DNA of 63,981 nt, filler included, from Licmophora abbreviata (GCA_900291995.1; 9 parts of 9 records of this genome joined end to end with filler, not necessarily neighbours in it), one strand, 5' to 3'; positions 1 through 11,470 are shown, counted from the whole stretch's first letter. Numbers and translations are program-made. The notes: generated by a model from the letters alone, not told the origin.

Positions 1-1
1 G

Positions 2-616
2 GCAGCAGAGCCGTCTCCCTTGCGTATTCCAAGTACCACCACTTCCTTGTACGACTCACTCTTTGAAGGGGGCGGGTCCCCGAGTCAGTCTACCAGTCTC
101 TTTCCGACAGACAATCCAATTCAGTCTCTCAACGAGTACGATGAACTTTCGAACGACGACAAAGCACGAACACTTATGTCGATGAGCAACTTTGACCTGA
201 GTCTACCTCGACCTCGAGTGCTTCGACAATGGAATCCTAGTATCGGAGGTATCAATCCTCTGGACGAGCTGCTGCTGCCGCGAGTCGATGAAGCTGTGCG
301 AAGGCAATACTTGATCCGAGAGGCTGAACTGCGTCAAGATACGCAAGCTCTGGAAGAGCTTCAGTCGAATCAGAGCCCACGACAAGTAGCGAAGGAAATG
401 GCCGAGCAGGCACGCGAGGCTGGCTTGGACGACGAGGCGGAAGCCTGGGAGAAGGAAGCCGACCTGTACGGCAATCTGCGAGCAGATGTGACCCAAGATG
501 AAGGCGCCTACAGCCGTTTCCTTGACAAAGACGAATGGTACGAACGCGAGCAGAGGGCCTTGCGAGAACGCAACAAGAAATTCAAGTTCGGAACTCTGCT
601 CGATGGCATAGAATGA
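2..616 (+). CDS. Hypothetical protein, 3' part (frame open from window start)
   Basis: Open frame from nt 2 to TGA at 614-616; acidic, helical composition; converges on the eIF2A gene; no recognised domain. Confidence 0.55.
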   Translation, partial: AAEPSPLRIPSTTTSLYDSLFEGGGSPSQSTSLFPTDNPIQSLNEYDELSNDDKARTLMSMSNFDLSLPRPRVLRQWNPSIGGINPLDELLLPRVDEAVRRQYLIREAELRQDTQALEELQSNQSPRQVAKEMAEQAREAGLDDEAEAWEKEADLYGNLRADVTQDEGAYSRFLDKDEWYEREQRALRERNKKFKFGTLLDGIE

Positions 617-646
617 AGAGTTTAGATCCTTTGTACAATAATAAAA

Positions 647-2635
647 CTATTCTATTCCTATGGTGGCCAATTCTCTTCGCAGCTCTTCTTCTGAGGCGAT
701 CTTCTTCTTTTGATCGTCATTAAGGGCGGACGAATCCTTCGCTTTGAGCTCTACAATTTGCTTGAGAGTCTTTCTGATCTTTCGTGCTCGCTTCTCCGGA
801 TCGTTGGCTGCGGCAAGAGCCGCGGCGGTGGCAGCTTTCTCTTCCTCGGCCTTCTCTCGAGCTTCCTCTTCCTCTTGCTTTTTCTTTGCCAGTTTCTGCT
901 TTTCTTTTCGAATCGCATTCTTGCTCTTCCCTTCCTCCTTGGGAACAAGACCGACTACCGACTTTCCACCAGTAGTGACGGAAGCGCCTGGAACCTTCGG
1001 CTTGTTGACCACCTTGGTAGCCCCCATCATGTTCTGTTCCTTTTCACGACGCATGCGTTCGGCCAAGCTGGTTCCACCCGAACGCCCTCGCGCTGACGGA
1101 GGAACATACTTTCGCGATCCAGAAGATGAAACAGGTTTTGTGGCAACCGCCTTGACGCTTGCCTTCGCTTCAGCCACCGCATGAGCGTGCTCGTCGCTGA
1201 CTTTCGGTGGTGGGCTCTGAGGTCGATCCGGATAGACATCGAGAGGGGCAGGAATAAACGCAACCTCTAGCAGCCTGTCCGGCTTGTAGTTGGAATTATC
1301 CCATGGGACATTTGTCAGTTCTTCTCCATTGTACCGATATAGTCTGGCACCATTGTCAACATTCATGCGCGGACTCGTGGTGCTGACACCAAACAAGCGT
1401 GAATCGGCCGACCAGCCGTATCCCACAGTACAGCTCGAGATCAGTTCCGTGTTGACAAAGGGAGCTCCTGTCGCCTCATCATACTGGGGGATTGGTTTGA
1501 GTTTGTTGCGATCCCAGAACGTCATGCCGCCACTAAGATTCCCGAACCCACTGAGACATAGGAAACGCCCGTGCGGTGACCAAGAAATGGTGTTGCGATG
1601 TGCATTGCCAAACAAAAACATGGGTTCCGCTGTAGTTCCATGGTGGAGTGATGACATGGTAGGCATTCGACCGCTAATAACGGCAAAACAAGGCGGTTTG
1701 TCCGCGTTCGTCATCCATGCCACGTCCAAGACCGGACCGGACGAATTGTTGGGCAACGGAACTGAAACGACATCGGACGACTCTTCGGCCATTAGAAAAA
1801 GAGTTGTAGATCCATAGTAGGATTCACCGCTCGTATCGACGCTCGTCTGCATTGCCATGAGTGCGGCATCACCCTTTGGGGACCAATGCACTGCCACTTC
1901 ATCTGCCTGAAAGATGCTTTTGGAAAGCAACGACGGATACGTTTGTGCGCTGGGTGCCACCGTTGACGGATATCGGTGAAGAGACGCACGTGCAGGCTTG
2001 TCTTTCGTGGCAGGAACAAAGGACGATAGCAGATACGAGGACGATGTCCCCTTGCCTGGAACAGATAATGACGTGATTCCCGGACAGCGCATCTTGTTTA
2101 CGAACCGCACTTGGTCCTTGTCTGATGCAAACGAACCTCCCTTGTACACTCGAATCTCGTTTGTCGCCAGCAAAAAGGCATATTCCTCGTCACGCGCAAA
2201 GTGCAGATACGGCCATCCCTCTCGTTTCAATACTTTCTGGTGAAACCCACACAGATACTCTCCCGACTTGGCATCCCATACTTTGAGATTCGACGCCTGC
2301 GGTGCATCGGGTCGCTCCCAGCTCACCAGATACGTTCCCTTGGGACTGATGCTCAGCATTTGTACCTTTTCCGTCTTTTTCAAAAAAGGTTTGACAATCG
2401 CAGGCTGGCTGCTAGAATCGTCGTCAAGTGAGCACATGACGACACCGGTACCAGGTTGGTGGACGTAGGCGCGTTTGCCATCGGGCGCCAAGACCTGAAA
2501 CGTTGTTGGGCCTTGCAGCAGCCAGTTTCGCTCTGTTTTTCGTTCGGTGGCATCCTTTCTCGAGGATGGTGTCACGAAGACTTCCAGGCCCTCCTTGGAC
2601 CTGAATAGCATACGGCAGGGTGGCAGATCCGTCAT
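647..2635 (-). CDS. eIF2A: Eukaryotic translation initiation factor 2A (beta-propeller)
   Basis: Motifs VDTSGESYYG, RNTISWSPHGRFLCLSGFGNLSG, TTSPRMNVDNG, KYVPPSARG and C-terminal coiled coil; first ATG at 2635 (MTDLPP). Confidence 0.93.
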   Translation of the reverse strand: MTDLPPCRMLFRSKEGLEVFVTPSSRKDATERKTERNWLLQGPTTFQVLAPDGKRAYVHQPGTGVVMCSLDDDSSSQPAIVKPFLKKTEKVQMLSISPKGTYLVSWERPDAPQASNLKVWDAKSGEYLCGFHQKVLKREGWPYLHFARDEEYAFLLATNEIRVYKGGSFASDKDQVRFVNKMRCPGITSLSVPGKGTSSSYLLSSFVPATKDKPARASLHRYPSTVAPSAQTYPSLLSKSIFQADEVAVHWSPKGDAALMAMQTSVDTSGESYYGSTTLFLMAEESSDVVSVPLPNNSSGPVLDVAWMTNADKPPCFAVISGRMPTMSSLHHGTTAEPMFLFGNAHRNTISWSPHGRFLCLSGFGNLSGGMTFWDRNKLKPIPQYDEATGAPFVNTELISSCTVGYGWSADSRLFGVSTTSPRMNVDNGARLYRYNGEELTNVPWDNSNYKPDRLLEVAFIPAPLDVYPDRPQSPPPKVSDEHAHAVAEAKASVKAVATKPVSSSGSRKYVPPSARGRSGGTSLAERMRREKEQNMMGATKVVNKPKVPGASVTTGGKSVVGLVPKEEGKSKNAIRKEKQKLAKKKQEEEEAREKAEEEKAATAAALAAANDPEKRARKIRKTLKQIVELKAKDSSALNDDQKKKIASEEELRRELATIGIE

Positions 2636-2914
2636 TCTTGGGCGAAAAGGAGAGTGAACGAGGTCTATGGACAACACATCGTTCCAAAACCAACGTTCCA
2701 AATTATGAGCGGTTGTCAAGCCTCTACCCAAGAATTCCTCTCCCAGTACTATTGGTACGTAATCTTATGTAGGGGGAGGAATTCAAACACATGTTCCCGC
2801 CAGGAGCTTCACGAAACAGTGTTGCTATCCCCCGCAATCCCCCCGCGCAAACAAATTGAAAGGTCAACTTCAAACAAACAGCTGTATGATAGCAGCATCG
2901 CGACGACGACGAAG

Positions 2915-3853
2915 ATGAATAGAACAGGCACTACTCTGTGGCAAGTCCTTCAGAGGACAGCTCGCTCCGCTGGCTCTGCTCCGGCCTTAGTGTCTCCGCA
3001 GCAAGGCATCGCTTTATCGTATGCAGAACTCCGTGACCAGGCGGCCGCTCTCTCCAACATGCTTCACGCCGACTTTGGTGTTCAGCAGAACCACCTGGTG
3101 GCCACGGACTTGCCCAATGTTGCGGAGGGACTCTTGCTGCACTTGGCGTGTTCCAGACTCGGAGCGGCCGTGGCAACGGCCAAGAATGCAGAGGTGCTAA
3201 AGAGCATACCGCGTGTTCAATGTGCCGTGGCGGCCTCGACGGACTCATGGCTGGCGGACGAAAAACAAACGGCTCCTCTTATTGTGGCGACTGCAGACTT
3301 GCAAGACCTCATACTTGGAGATGGAACTTTCAATATGCTCGAACTTACCACCGACGACGAGCAAGAAGAAGAAGATGGATCTGATCAACCCCTCGGATAC
3401 TTTGGATCTGCCAAACCCTCTCTGACGCACGGCATGGCCCTCGCCCAAGGATCCGCCATGAAGGACCACTTTCAGATGACTCCCAATGATCGGGTGTGCG
3501 TTTCCATTACGCTCTACCATGCCTTTGGTATCGGATCCGCTTGTTCGGCAGCACTGCTTTCTGGTGCAGCCATTGTACTTCCAGCGGTGGGCGGCTTGAG
3601 AGGGTGTGGGGTGCCCACACAACGTGCGCAAGTGACACTGGAGACGCTTGAATCGGAAAACTGTACATTGCTCTTTTGTGATACGCATACGCTCAAGGCA
3701 TTCGAAGATGAAACGCTCGCGTCGAAGCTGCAATCAACTGACTTTTCGACTCTGAGGGGAGGTGTCTGCAAGACGGGATCTGGGACCGAGATTCTTGAAG
3801 AGACCGTTGCACTGGCTGGCATCGAGCTTGCTACTCTCGGCAAGAAGAATTAG
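2915..3853 (+). CDS. Short AMP-binding (ANL/ACSF2-like) domain protein, probably mitochondrial
   Basis: LSYAELRDQAAAL, LPNVAEGLLLHLACSRLGA and ITLYHAFG motifs; N-terminus resembles a transit peptide; only 312 aa. Confidence 0.7.
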   Translation: MNRTGTTLWQVLQRTARSAGSAPALVSPQQGIALSYAELRDQAAALSNMLHADFGVQQNHLVATDLPNVAEGLLLHLACSRLGAAVATAKNAEVLKSIPRVQCAVAASTDSWLADEKQTAPLIVATADLQDLILGDGTFNMLELTTDDEQEEEDGSDQPLGYFGSAKPSLTHGMALAQGSAMKDHFQMTPNDRVCVSITLYHAFGIGSACSAALLSGAAIVLPAVGGLRGCGVPTQRAQVTLETLESENCTLLFCDTHTLKAFEDETLASKLQSTDFSTLRGGVCKTGSGTEILEETVALAGIELATLGKKN

Positions 3854-3985
3854 TGTCTTCCCTATGTGGACGTTTCTGGTTCAATTGTGTATTGATGACA
3901 ATGAAATGTTACTTGTTAACTATGGCAAGACAAAGAAAGTGTGTGCTGGTGTAAACTTGGTGAAGATGGCATGGCTGGATATTTC

Positions 3986-6239
3986 TTAGAAAGCGACCCA
4001 GAGTGCAGGGACCAAACAGAGGCATGTCGCAAGGATCATGTGGTGAAAAGAAGTACGCGAGGATGACGACGTGGGCGAATCCGGCAACGAATTCGTTTCG
4101 CTCTCGGTAACGGTGGTGGAAGAGCCCGTGAGCGCGTACGAATTCGTGTCGACCTCGGCCGTTTCCAAGAGTTCCACGTTGGCGTTCAAAGCCATCTGCT
4201 GAATGTTGGCAGTCATCGATCCATCTGAGACGGAAGTATCGAGGGCAACCATGTAGTCTTCCATGACCTTGTCCGAGAAGGTGGTACAGTTCGCCACATT
4301 GCAGCCTCGGCTTGCGATGAGGACGAATTCAATCAACCAGTCGGACATTGTCTCTATCTGATCGAGACGTCTCAAGCTGCGTCGGCGTCGAACGGGAACA
4401 CCATTGATCTTGACAATGTCGACCGTGACGTCTCCTTCGAGATCAGAAACGGACTCCAAGATGGCATTCTCGAGAACTTCCTCGAAGGCTTCAAAGTCAG
4501 TGTCGACGACATCTGGAACCTCATCTGTGTCAACCTCCAACGACATGGTAGAAGTGAGCTCGACCGTAACAATGGATTCCACTTCGGTCAGCGTCGGTAG
4601 CAGGGAAGTCGTCGGCGCATGCGACGGAGACACGGATGGGGAGCTGCTCGGGAACTGAGTGGGCGACGAGGAAGGCACCGTCGACGGAACTTGGCTAGGT
4701 GCATCCGACGGATCACCGCTAGGTGCAGCGGATGGGTAGACAGAAAAGCTCGGCTCGCTGCTTGGTGTGGCCGATGGAACTAGAGAGAAGCTCGGCTCGG
4801 TCGAAGGAACTACCGACGTGCTGGGCTCTGCACTGGGCGACGCCGATGGGACACTGGAGAAACTCGGTTCCGAACTTGGAGAGAGCGTTGGACTTGCGGA
4901 TGGCAAAGTCGAAAAGCTTGGTTCGGTACTGGGTGACAGTGTTGGACTTGCCGAGGGAACGGTCGAAAAGCTTGGCTCTACACTTGCCGTCGGAACGCTC
5001 GAAAAGCTTGGCTCAGAACTTGGCGACGCCGCCGGAGGATATCCCGTGAAAGTTGGCTTCTCGCTTTGAGATCCAGTCGGGGATACGCTGGGAGCACAAC
5101 TGGGAGAGCGCGAAGGAGCGGCCGTCGGGTACGTCTGAAAGGTCGGTGGAGACGTCGGTTCTTTCACCGGTTGGACTATCGGTGAAGCGGAAGGTTCTGA
5201 GGTTGGACCCGATGGCGACATTGATGGTGCTGCCGTGGGAGCCGATGGCCATGATGAAGAAGGGGCTGCAGTCGGTGTCGACGGCGAGGCTGACGGCTCA
5301 GGTGTTGGTTCAAACTCGCAAATCGAAGTCAAGCATTCTCGTCCTTGACTGGAGCTCAGATCATACAGGATGCTGCAGAAGTTATCGATGTGTTCGCTGC
5401 TGTACTCGCTAGGACTTGGTGTCGGCGAGTAGTCCATCGACATGGACATGTAATCGTCCTCGTTCTGATCGGAGAGATCCTCAAGCAGATACTTGCAGTG
5501 CTCGAAAGCACTGTGACCCAAGTCACCGGGACAAATGTCCTGAATGTCATCGAAACTGGGCGGGAAGCAATGATAGTCGGACGGAGTCGGAGCATCCGTG
5601 AGGTCAGACGTGGATTGTGGCAACTCCATTGCGTAGTCAAGCATGCAAGTCAAGAGTGCGTCTTCCTCAACACTTTCGACTGAAAGAATGAACGTGACAT
5701 GATCAGACGAAGGGAGCGGATATGGAAGCTGGACATCTGCACAAGTCTCAATCCATTTCGCCTCGACGCGCAGGTTGATGTCGTCTTCGGAGCAAAGCTC
5801 TGCCCAGCACTGGTCGTTTGCTAAGACAGCCGTCACATTCGACACCAGCTTGTGATCGACAGTCAAGTCTGGGATTCCATCCTCTGTCACTGCCAGTGGG
5901 TTGCAAAAGTACGAAGCTGTCGCGATGTCCGGAAGTACCGTGGCCAGTCGATCATCGGAGACCTGGCACTGGTTTTCCATCAGCGAAGCAGTGACGTGAC
6001 TGTCGATGTACTTGTTGAGCGTGCATGAGTCGAAATCCAAATCGATTCCCGCACACTGGGCAAGATAGTGGAAAACGATTTTTGGCGGCATGTCTTCGAT
6101 CGTCGGGAAGTCACCGAGCACGCCTCCATTCGGCACGTAGTGTTGAGCAGCTGTCACGGTCATGGACAAAGCCGCAAGAAGAGGCGCGTACCACGATGGT
6201 GAGATTGTTCTGGTGAAAGAAGAGAGCGACAAAGAGCAT
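3986..6239 (-). CDS. Secreted Cys-rich plus Pro/Ser/Thr-repeat (mucin-like) surface protein with C-terminal hydrophobic/GPI-like tail
   Basis: Signal-like N-terminus (ATG at 6239 needs removal of one T at ~6233); Cys-rich domain; PSASP/EPSFS repeats; RRRRSLRRL motif; hydrophobic C-terminus. Confidence 0.75.
4690..5030 (-). repeat. Coding tandem repeats (PSASPTLSPSSEPSFSxV-like units)
   Basis: Repeated aaagcttggctc/ggacttgc units at DNA and protein level. Confidence 0.8.
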
Positions 6240-7349
6240 GGAAGGTGTCAGGAACGAAATTGATTGGACGGGCGCACTCGACGAACAGATCGCTCACTAC
6301 CAGATCGAAGGCCGCAACACTCAAGCTCTGCTCGGTAGCCGACTCACTTCATTTTCTGAGAGCAATGGGTGTGAATATTATGTCGTGGGTTGGAGTAACA
6401 AGATTGGTTGGACGTTGTTTGCGTCGTTTGTGGGAAATGTGTGATACGTAATGAATTTTGAGTTCAATTTTGAAACCGTCCACACGTATAATCGATACTG
6501 TTTTCTACACAAATATCGAACCGCGCGACACATTTTCAACATGGGATGAGGTTGGTTTGCCGCACATCCTTGTAACGGTCATCTCCTTGTCGAGCAAGTT
6601 TTCGAAACCCTACTTGCAAGTGCAGTTTCCGTCTACGGGGTTTTCTTCCAGTGGCGACTGACTCTCACCATCCCATCAAGCATACTTTGATAGGTCGTCT
6701 TCTTCTCATTTGCCATTATGGCGTCTTGTAAGCAATGTGAACTGATGTTAAAGACAAGCTCTTCGAAACAGATAAGACCTAGTTCTAGCTACAACTTAAG
6801 TTTTACTATCGATTGAGCCTACTAGCTAGAAAGTTTCATAGGTCCCGCCATCTAGAGGAGACGCCGGTTGTGTGACTTCCGAATGAATCGCTTCAAGTTG
6901 TGCACAGACACTGACTTGAACAGCCGATCTGACGACCAAACAACCGGAAGCTCATTGCTCAGCCTGAGTGACAAACCTACGTGACTCAAGCAGCTATTTC
7001 CATCGCACGAACAACGTGACTGGACTCGACGCCCTCGACTCGATGACGCCGCCAATGGGAGCCAACCAGATCATCATCGCGCTTGTCGTGGTATCTTTTT
7101 CCGGGTACATCTTCGACGTAGCATTCTACGGGGCAGCTATGACTCGGCACGACGTTTTCGCCTTCGTCCTCCGATCTTGCGCCACGTCTTTGTTCAACAA
7201 ACTGTTGGCAAGTTTTGGCGTCTGGCTTGCTGACGAAGCCAGTACCTTGTCGTTTCTCTGTCCGGTCACATTCTGTTGTTCATCACGTCAACCAGAGTCC
7301 CCACTCGAAGAGTCGAGTCGCAGTCTACCAGTTTCACGTTAACTTCATC

Positions 7350-8953
7350 ATGGGAAAGGGAGGAGAAAGCTCGAAGACGGCAAGCAGAGNNNNNNNNNNN
7401 NNNNNNNNNNNNNNNNNNNNNNNNNNNNNNNNNTTAATTAATTAANNNNNNNNNNNNNNNNNNNNNNNNNNNNNNNNNNNNNNNNNNNNAAGGGAGGAGA
7501 AAGCTCGAAGACGGCAAGCAGAGTCAATGCCAAAAATAAGGATTCAATGCTCACCAACGCGGCGACCAAGTACACTTGGGAGGAGGTACAGAAGCACCGG
7601 ACACCTGACGACGCGTGGGTCGTCCACATGAACAAAGTGTATGACGTCTCCAACTGGCATGAGCATCCCGGTGGTGCCGTCATCTTCACGCACGCTGGTG
7701 ACGATATGACCGACATCTTTGCTGCCTTCCATGCGCCAGGCTCTCAGACACTCATGAAGAAGTTTTACATTGGTGACTTGATCCCCGAGTCGAACGTCAA
7801 CAAGGATGAACGACAGGTGGCCTTTGAGAAGGGCTACCGTGACCTCCGGGCGCAGCTCATTGTGATGGGCATGTTCAAGAGCAATGGCTGGTTCTATGTC
7901 TACAAGTGCCTTAGCAACATGAGCCTGTGGGCGACTGCGTGTGCCCTCATCTACTACAGTGACAGTGTTGCTGTCCAGCTTGGGGCTGCTCTGCTCCTTG
8001 GTCTTTTCTATCAGCAGTGCGGGTGGCTGGCCCACGACTTTTTGCACCACCAGGTATTCAAGGCCCGTAGGTACGGAGACTACCTGGGACTCTTTTGGGG
8101 CAATCTCATGCAGGGTTACTCGGTGCAGTGGTGGAAGAACAAGCACAACGGTCATCATGCCGTCCCCAATCTCCACAACTCGACCGCCCTCGCTCAGGAT
8201 GGCGATCCGGACATTGACACTATGCCTCTGCTGGCGTGGTCTCTCAAACAGGCCCAGTCCTACCGGGAACTCCAAGACGATGGTTCGGACACAGCCTTTG
8301 TCAAGTTCATGATCAAGTACCAAGCCTATTTCTACTTTCCGATTCTTCTGTTGGCCCGTCTGTCCTGGTTGAACGAATCCTTCAAGACCGCCTTCGGACT
8401 CGGGGCGGCCAGTGAGAATGCCGCTTTGGAAATGAAGGTCAAAGGACTGCAGCACCCCTTCCTAGAGAAGCTAGGCATTGCTCTACACTACGTGTGGGTG
8501 GCCATTGTGTGCACTGGCTATGGACGCTTCTCTATCGCCTATTCGTTCTTGCTCTTCATGGTCATGACTTGCTCCTGTGGCTTCCTCTTGGCCATAGTCT
8601 TTGGACTCGGCCACAACGGCATGGCCACTTACGACGCCGAGGCCCGCCCTGACTTTTGGAAGTTGCAAGTTACCACAACTCGCAACATTACTGGCGGACA
8701 TGGCTTCCCTCAAGCCTTTGTGGACTGGTTCTGTGGAGGACTCCAGTACCAGGTTGATCATCACTTGTTCCCGACCATTCCTCGTCACAACTTGCGCAAG
8801 ACGCATGAGTTGGTCAAGTCGTTCTGCAAGGAGTGGGGTGTCAAGTATCACGAGGCGGATCTCTACGACGGAACGATTGAAGTGCTGCACCACCTTCAGA
8901 ATGTGTCAGATGATTTCATTGTCGACTTCATCACGGACGGACCGACCATGTAG
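7350..8953 (+). CDS. Front-end delta-6 fatty acid desaturase (cytochrome b5 fusion)
   Basis: MGKGG start at 7350, whose sequence is duplicated across the spacer so the gene is continuous; HPGG, HDFLHH, HNGHH and QVDHHLFP boxes; N-terminus closely resembles the diatom delta-6 desaturase. Confidence 0.93.
7390..7489. other. Artificial contig spacer (N44-TTAATTAATTAA-N44); identical spacers at 24561-24660, 31750-31849, 36521-36620, 48507-48606, 50534-50633, 55503-55602, 62659-62758
   Basis: Identical 100-nt N block with an all-frame-stop linker, repeated eight times. Confidence 0.98.
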
Positions 8954-9032
8954 AAACGCTATCCTTTCATTTGGCGAGCGAGAAACATTGCGGTCGCATT
9001 TTGCTAGACACAACAGTACTATGTTACCCAAC

Positions 9033-10178
9033 TTACATATCTAGACTGCATTTCTTGTTCACTCTAGCTAGACTATTGGTACTGCGACTCCCATCAAAAA
9101 AGTCCCAAATGATGCCGCGGGCAGTCCACAAGATGAGCGAATGTTCTGTCGTACCTGCCCACACGGTCCGTATTTCACCAAACCGACGCCGCCACCAAAG
9201 ATCAGTCTCGGCCACTTCGCCAAGCTTTCGATTCTTGTGGTGTTGAAACGTATCTGATGGTCTCGTAGACGTGTTTCGGACGTAAAGGCACTTGGGCGAC
9301 TGTAGAAAGTGAAGCAGTGACTTGTCCTCTCGGGCCCATTGAAGATTGTGCGTTGAGTCCGTAAGGGCAATGGCATGAGCATTCCGCAGAAGAGCTTGTC
9401 GGGCGTCACCAAGTAGGAGGTACCGTACCAGATATCCGCCGGCAGCAGAGTGAGCTAGGACGTGGATCGAGGTGCCATCCTTCCAGCTCGAAAATAGCCG
9501 AGTCAAAGAGCCCTCGACAGTGCCCATGCCGTTCTGGTGGCCGCGAGCGTTTGGGTCCAGTAGGATGACCGCCAGGCCTCTTTTCCTCGCTTCCGCCAAG
9601 TAGCACATCGCCGATCCTACTTCCATGCCCGAAATGAGTAATTGTTTGACAGAGAGTACGCCGACTCGAGACTTGCCCTTGCCCGTAATAACAAGTAGGG
9701 TGGGTTGTTGACTTGTAGTGTCTCCCGATTCGTCGTTGTTGTTGTCTACCATAGCTCGCACTGGCTCTCCAAGAGATGCATCGTCACAAATCGTAATGAA
9801 CTTCAAAGAATACGCTCGCATGACTCGTTCTTGTGCCATTTCCTGGGAGACGGCAGTCACAGCGTCCCAAACGGGCCCGTCTGGAATGTACTGACTTTGA
9901 TTGTCGCCAGTTATCATGAATCCGGATTCTATATGAAAGAGACGTGTCTTGCAGACAAAGCAATCGGCGTCAGTCGTATCTGTATCAAAAGCATGCTTTT
10001 CGCAGGCAACGAGTCTGTACTCAAAGCCCAAGCTGCTCAGGTCTCCCGACTGCAGGGGTACATGTCCCAACCCTTGTCTGTGTTTCGTGGTTTTCTTCGG
10101 AAGTGCTTCAAAATTCTCTTGACGAGGAGTCTCAGCGTTCAAGGATCTAGATCTCTTAGATGCATGAGAGTTCCCCAT
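9033..10178 (-). CDS. Arb2-domain / FAM172A(ARB2A)-like alpha/beta-hydrolase-fold protein
   Basis: LLVITGKGKSRVG...GMEVGS...GLAVILLDPN, LAHSAAG, IALTDSTH and WAGTTEH match the FAM172A pattern; start at MGNSH (10178) or MEM (10184). Confidence 0.8.
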   Translation of the reverse strand: MGNSHASKRSRSLNAETPRQENFEALPKKTTKHRQGLGHVPLQSGDLSSLGFEYRLVACEKHAFDTDTTDADCFVCKTRLFHIESGFMITGDNQSQYIPDGPVWDAVTAVSQEMAQERVMRAYSLKFITICDDASLGEPVRAMVDNNNDESGDTTSQQPTLLVITGKGKSRVGVLSVKQLLISGMEVGSAMCYLAEARKRGLAVILLDPNARGHQNGMGTVEGSLTRLFSSWKDGTSIHVLAHSAAGGYLVRYLLLGDARQALLRNAHAIALTDSTHNLQWAREDKSLLHFLQSPKCLYVRNTSTRPSDTFQHHKNRKLGEVAETDLWWRRRFGEIRTVWAGTTEHSLILWTARGIIWDFFDGSRSTNSLARVNKKCSLDM

Positions 10179-10392
10179 CTCCATGTGAACCAGGTAATGG
10201 ATCAAACAAGGTGGAAGCGGCCGCCGTTCGAGACGCCATCGTCCATCGCAATGATTTTTTTTCGAATGTAGGATGGCGCGCGTGGGCGAGCCGATTGGGG
10301 GCGCGAAAAAAACTCGCCGAGCGCGCACATCTATCTGGCATCGCGCGCGTCGTTTACAATCTGAAATCCTTGCAACTTTGGAAACAACAACC

Positions 10393-11415
10393 ATGACAAT
10401 GAGCGGTTGTGAAGCTGCCGCTTCTGACGCTGTCGATGATCCACACCCAGCAGACGACCAACCAGACACGCGTCTTGAGGTTCAAGTAGGCATCAGCTCC
10501 ACCGGAGATCCCATTTGGAAGGATGAAGGTCCGATAAAGCTCCTCGACGGCGAGGCGACAACGCCGATCTCATCATTAGGTACAAACCACAATGATGATA
10601 CCAAAGCAGCAACAAAGATCACAGCGCTTCCTGGCTGTTCCCAGCTTCCTGTTTCTGCCAAACGCTGGTTTGGCGCCAAGAGTAAACGAGAACGTCAAGA
10701 CTTATACTTGTATCGACACGCTCCGAACGGCGCACCCAGCACGAATCTACTCATTATGCTTCACGGTGCGGGTGATTCGCATAGACCCTTTGACAAACTC
10801 GGTCAGCGCATGCAGCTTCCTCAGACGGCTGTTCTGAGTATGAGCGCTAGGAAGTTTGTCGAACTTCCATTCCAATTGGGGCACTCGTGGTTTCAGGAGA
10901 TGGACTACAGAACAGGTGAAGTACTGCCCCGGGAGAGTCTTGTAAGGCAATCGAGTCTAGCAATGGCCGTGGATCAACTCTGCGACTTCATTCAGCTGTT
11001 GACATCGGAAACGTGGATACCTGAGAGGGTGTTTTTGTTCGGGTATGGGGCCGGTGCGACATTGGCCATGGCGGTCTGTAATTCGTGGTGGGTAAAGCAT
11101 CTAAGACCGACTCTGGGAGGCGCGATCTGTGTGGGCGGGGGTGATGTGCTCGTCTCAGGGGAGTCGGAACCGACACTCGGGCGTAGGTCTGACAAGGCAA
11201 CTCCTACTCTGCTCATGGTCGGCTCGAGAGATGAGATGTTTTCACCCCAGCAAGCTTTAGAGATCCAGTCGCAGTATGGACGGGGCGGGGAAGTCCAGGT
11301 CCACGTGCAGCCCGACAAAGGGCGAGGTATGGTTTCGAGCGAAGATGACATGTGGGTCGTGATGAAATTTCTGGCTGACAAGCTTGTTCGTATAAGTAAA
11401 ATGGGACAATCCTGA
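10393..11415 (+). CDS. Phospholipase/carboxylesterase (Abhydrolase_2)-like protein
   Basis: NLLIMLHGAGDS, HSWF, VFLFGYGAGA and LLMVGSRDEM motifs. Confidence 0.8.
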   Translation: MTMSGCEAAASDAVDDPHPADDQPDTRLEVQVGISSTGDPIWKDEGPIKLLDGEATTPISSLGTNHNDDTKAATKITALPGCSQLPVSAKRWFGAKSKRERQDLYLYRHAPNGAPSTNLLIMLHGAGDSHRPFDKLGQRMQLPQTAVLSMSARKFVELPFQLGHSWFQEMDYRTGEVLPRESLVRQSSLAMAVDQLCDFIQLLTSETWIPERVFLFGYGAGATLAMAVCNSWWVKHLRPTLGGAICVGGGDVLVSGESEPTLGRRSDKATPTLLMVGSRDEMFSPQQALEIQSQYGRGGEVQVHVQPDKGRGMVSSEDDMWVVMKFLADKLVRISKMGQS

Positions 11416-11470
11416 GGAAATATCAATGCAAACTACTACTGCAATCTTAGGTTCGCCTAAGCTTGCTCTA

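Noticed and set aside
6968..7342. 124-aa hydrophobic ORF just upstream of the desaturase
   Set aside because: No recognisable motif, non-ATG track start and location in a likely promoter/5' UTR; unsupported
7434..7445. TTAATTAATTAA repeated eight times within N runs, and the duplicated 34 nt around 7356-7523
   Set aside because: Artificial all-frame-stop scaffold linker and an unmerged contig overlap, not biology
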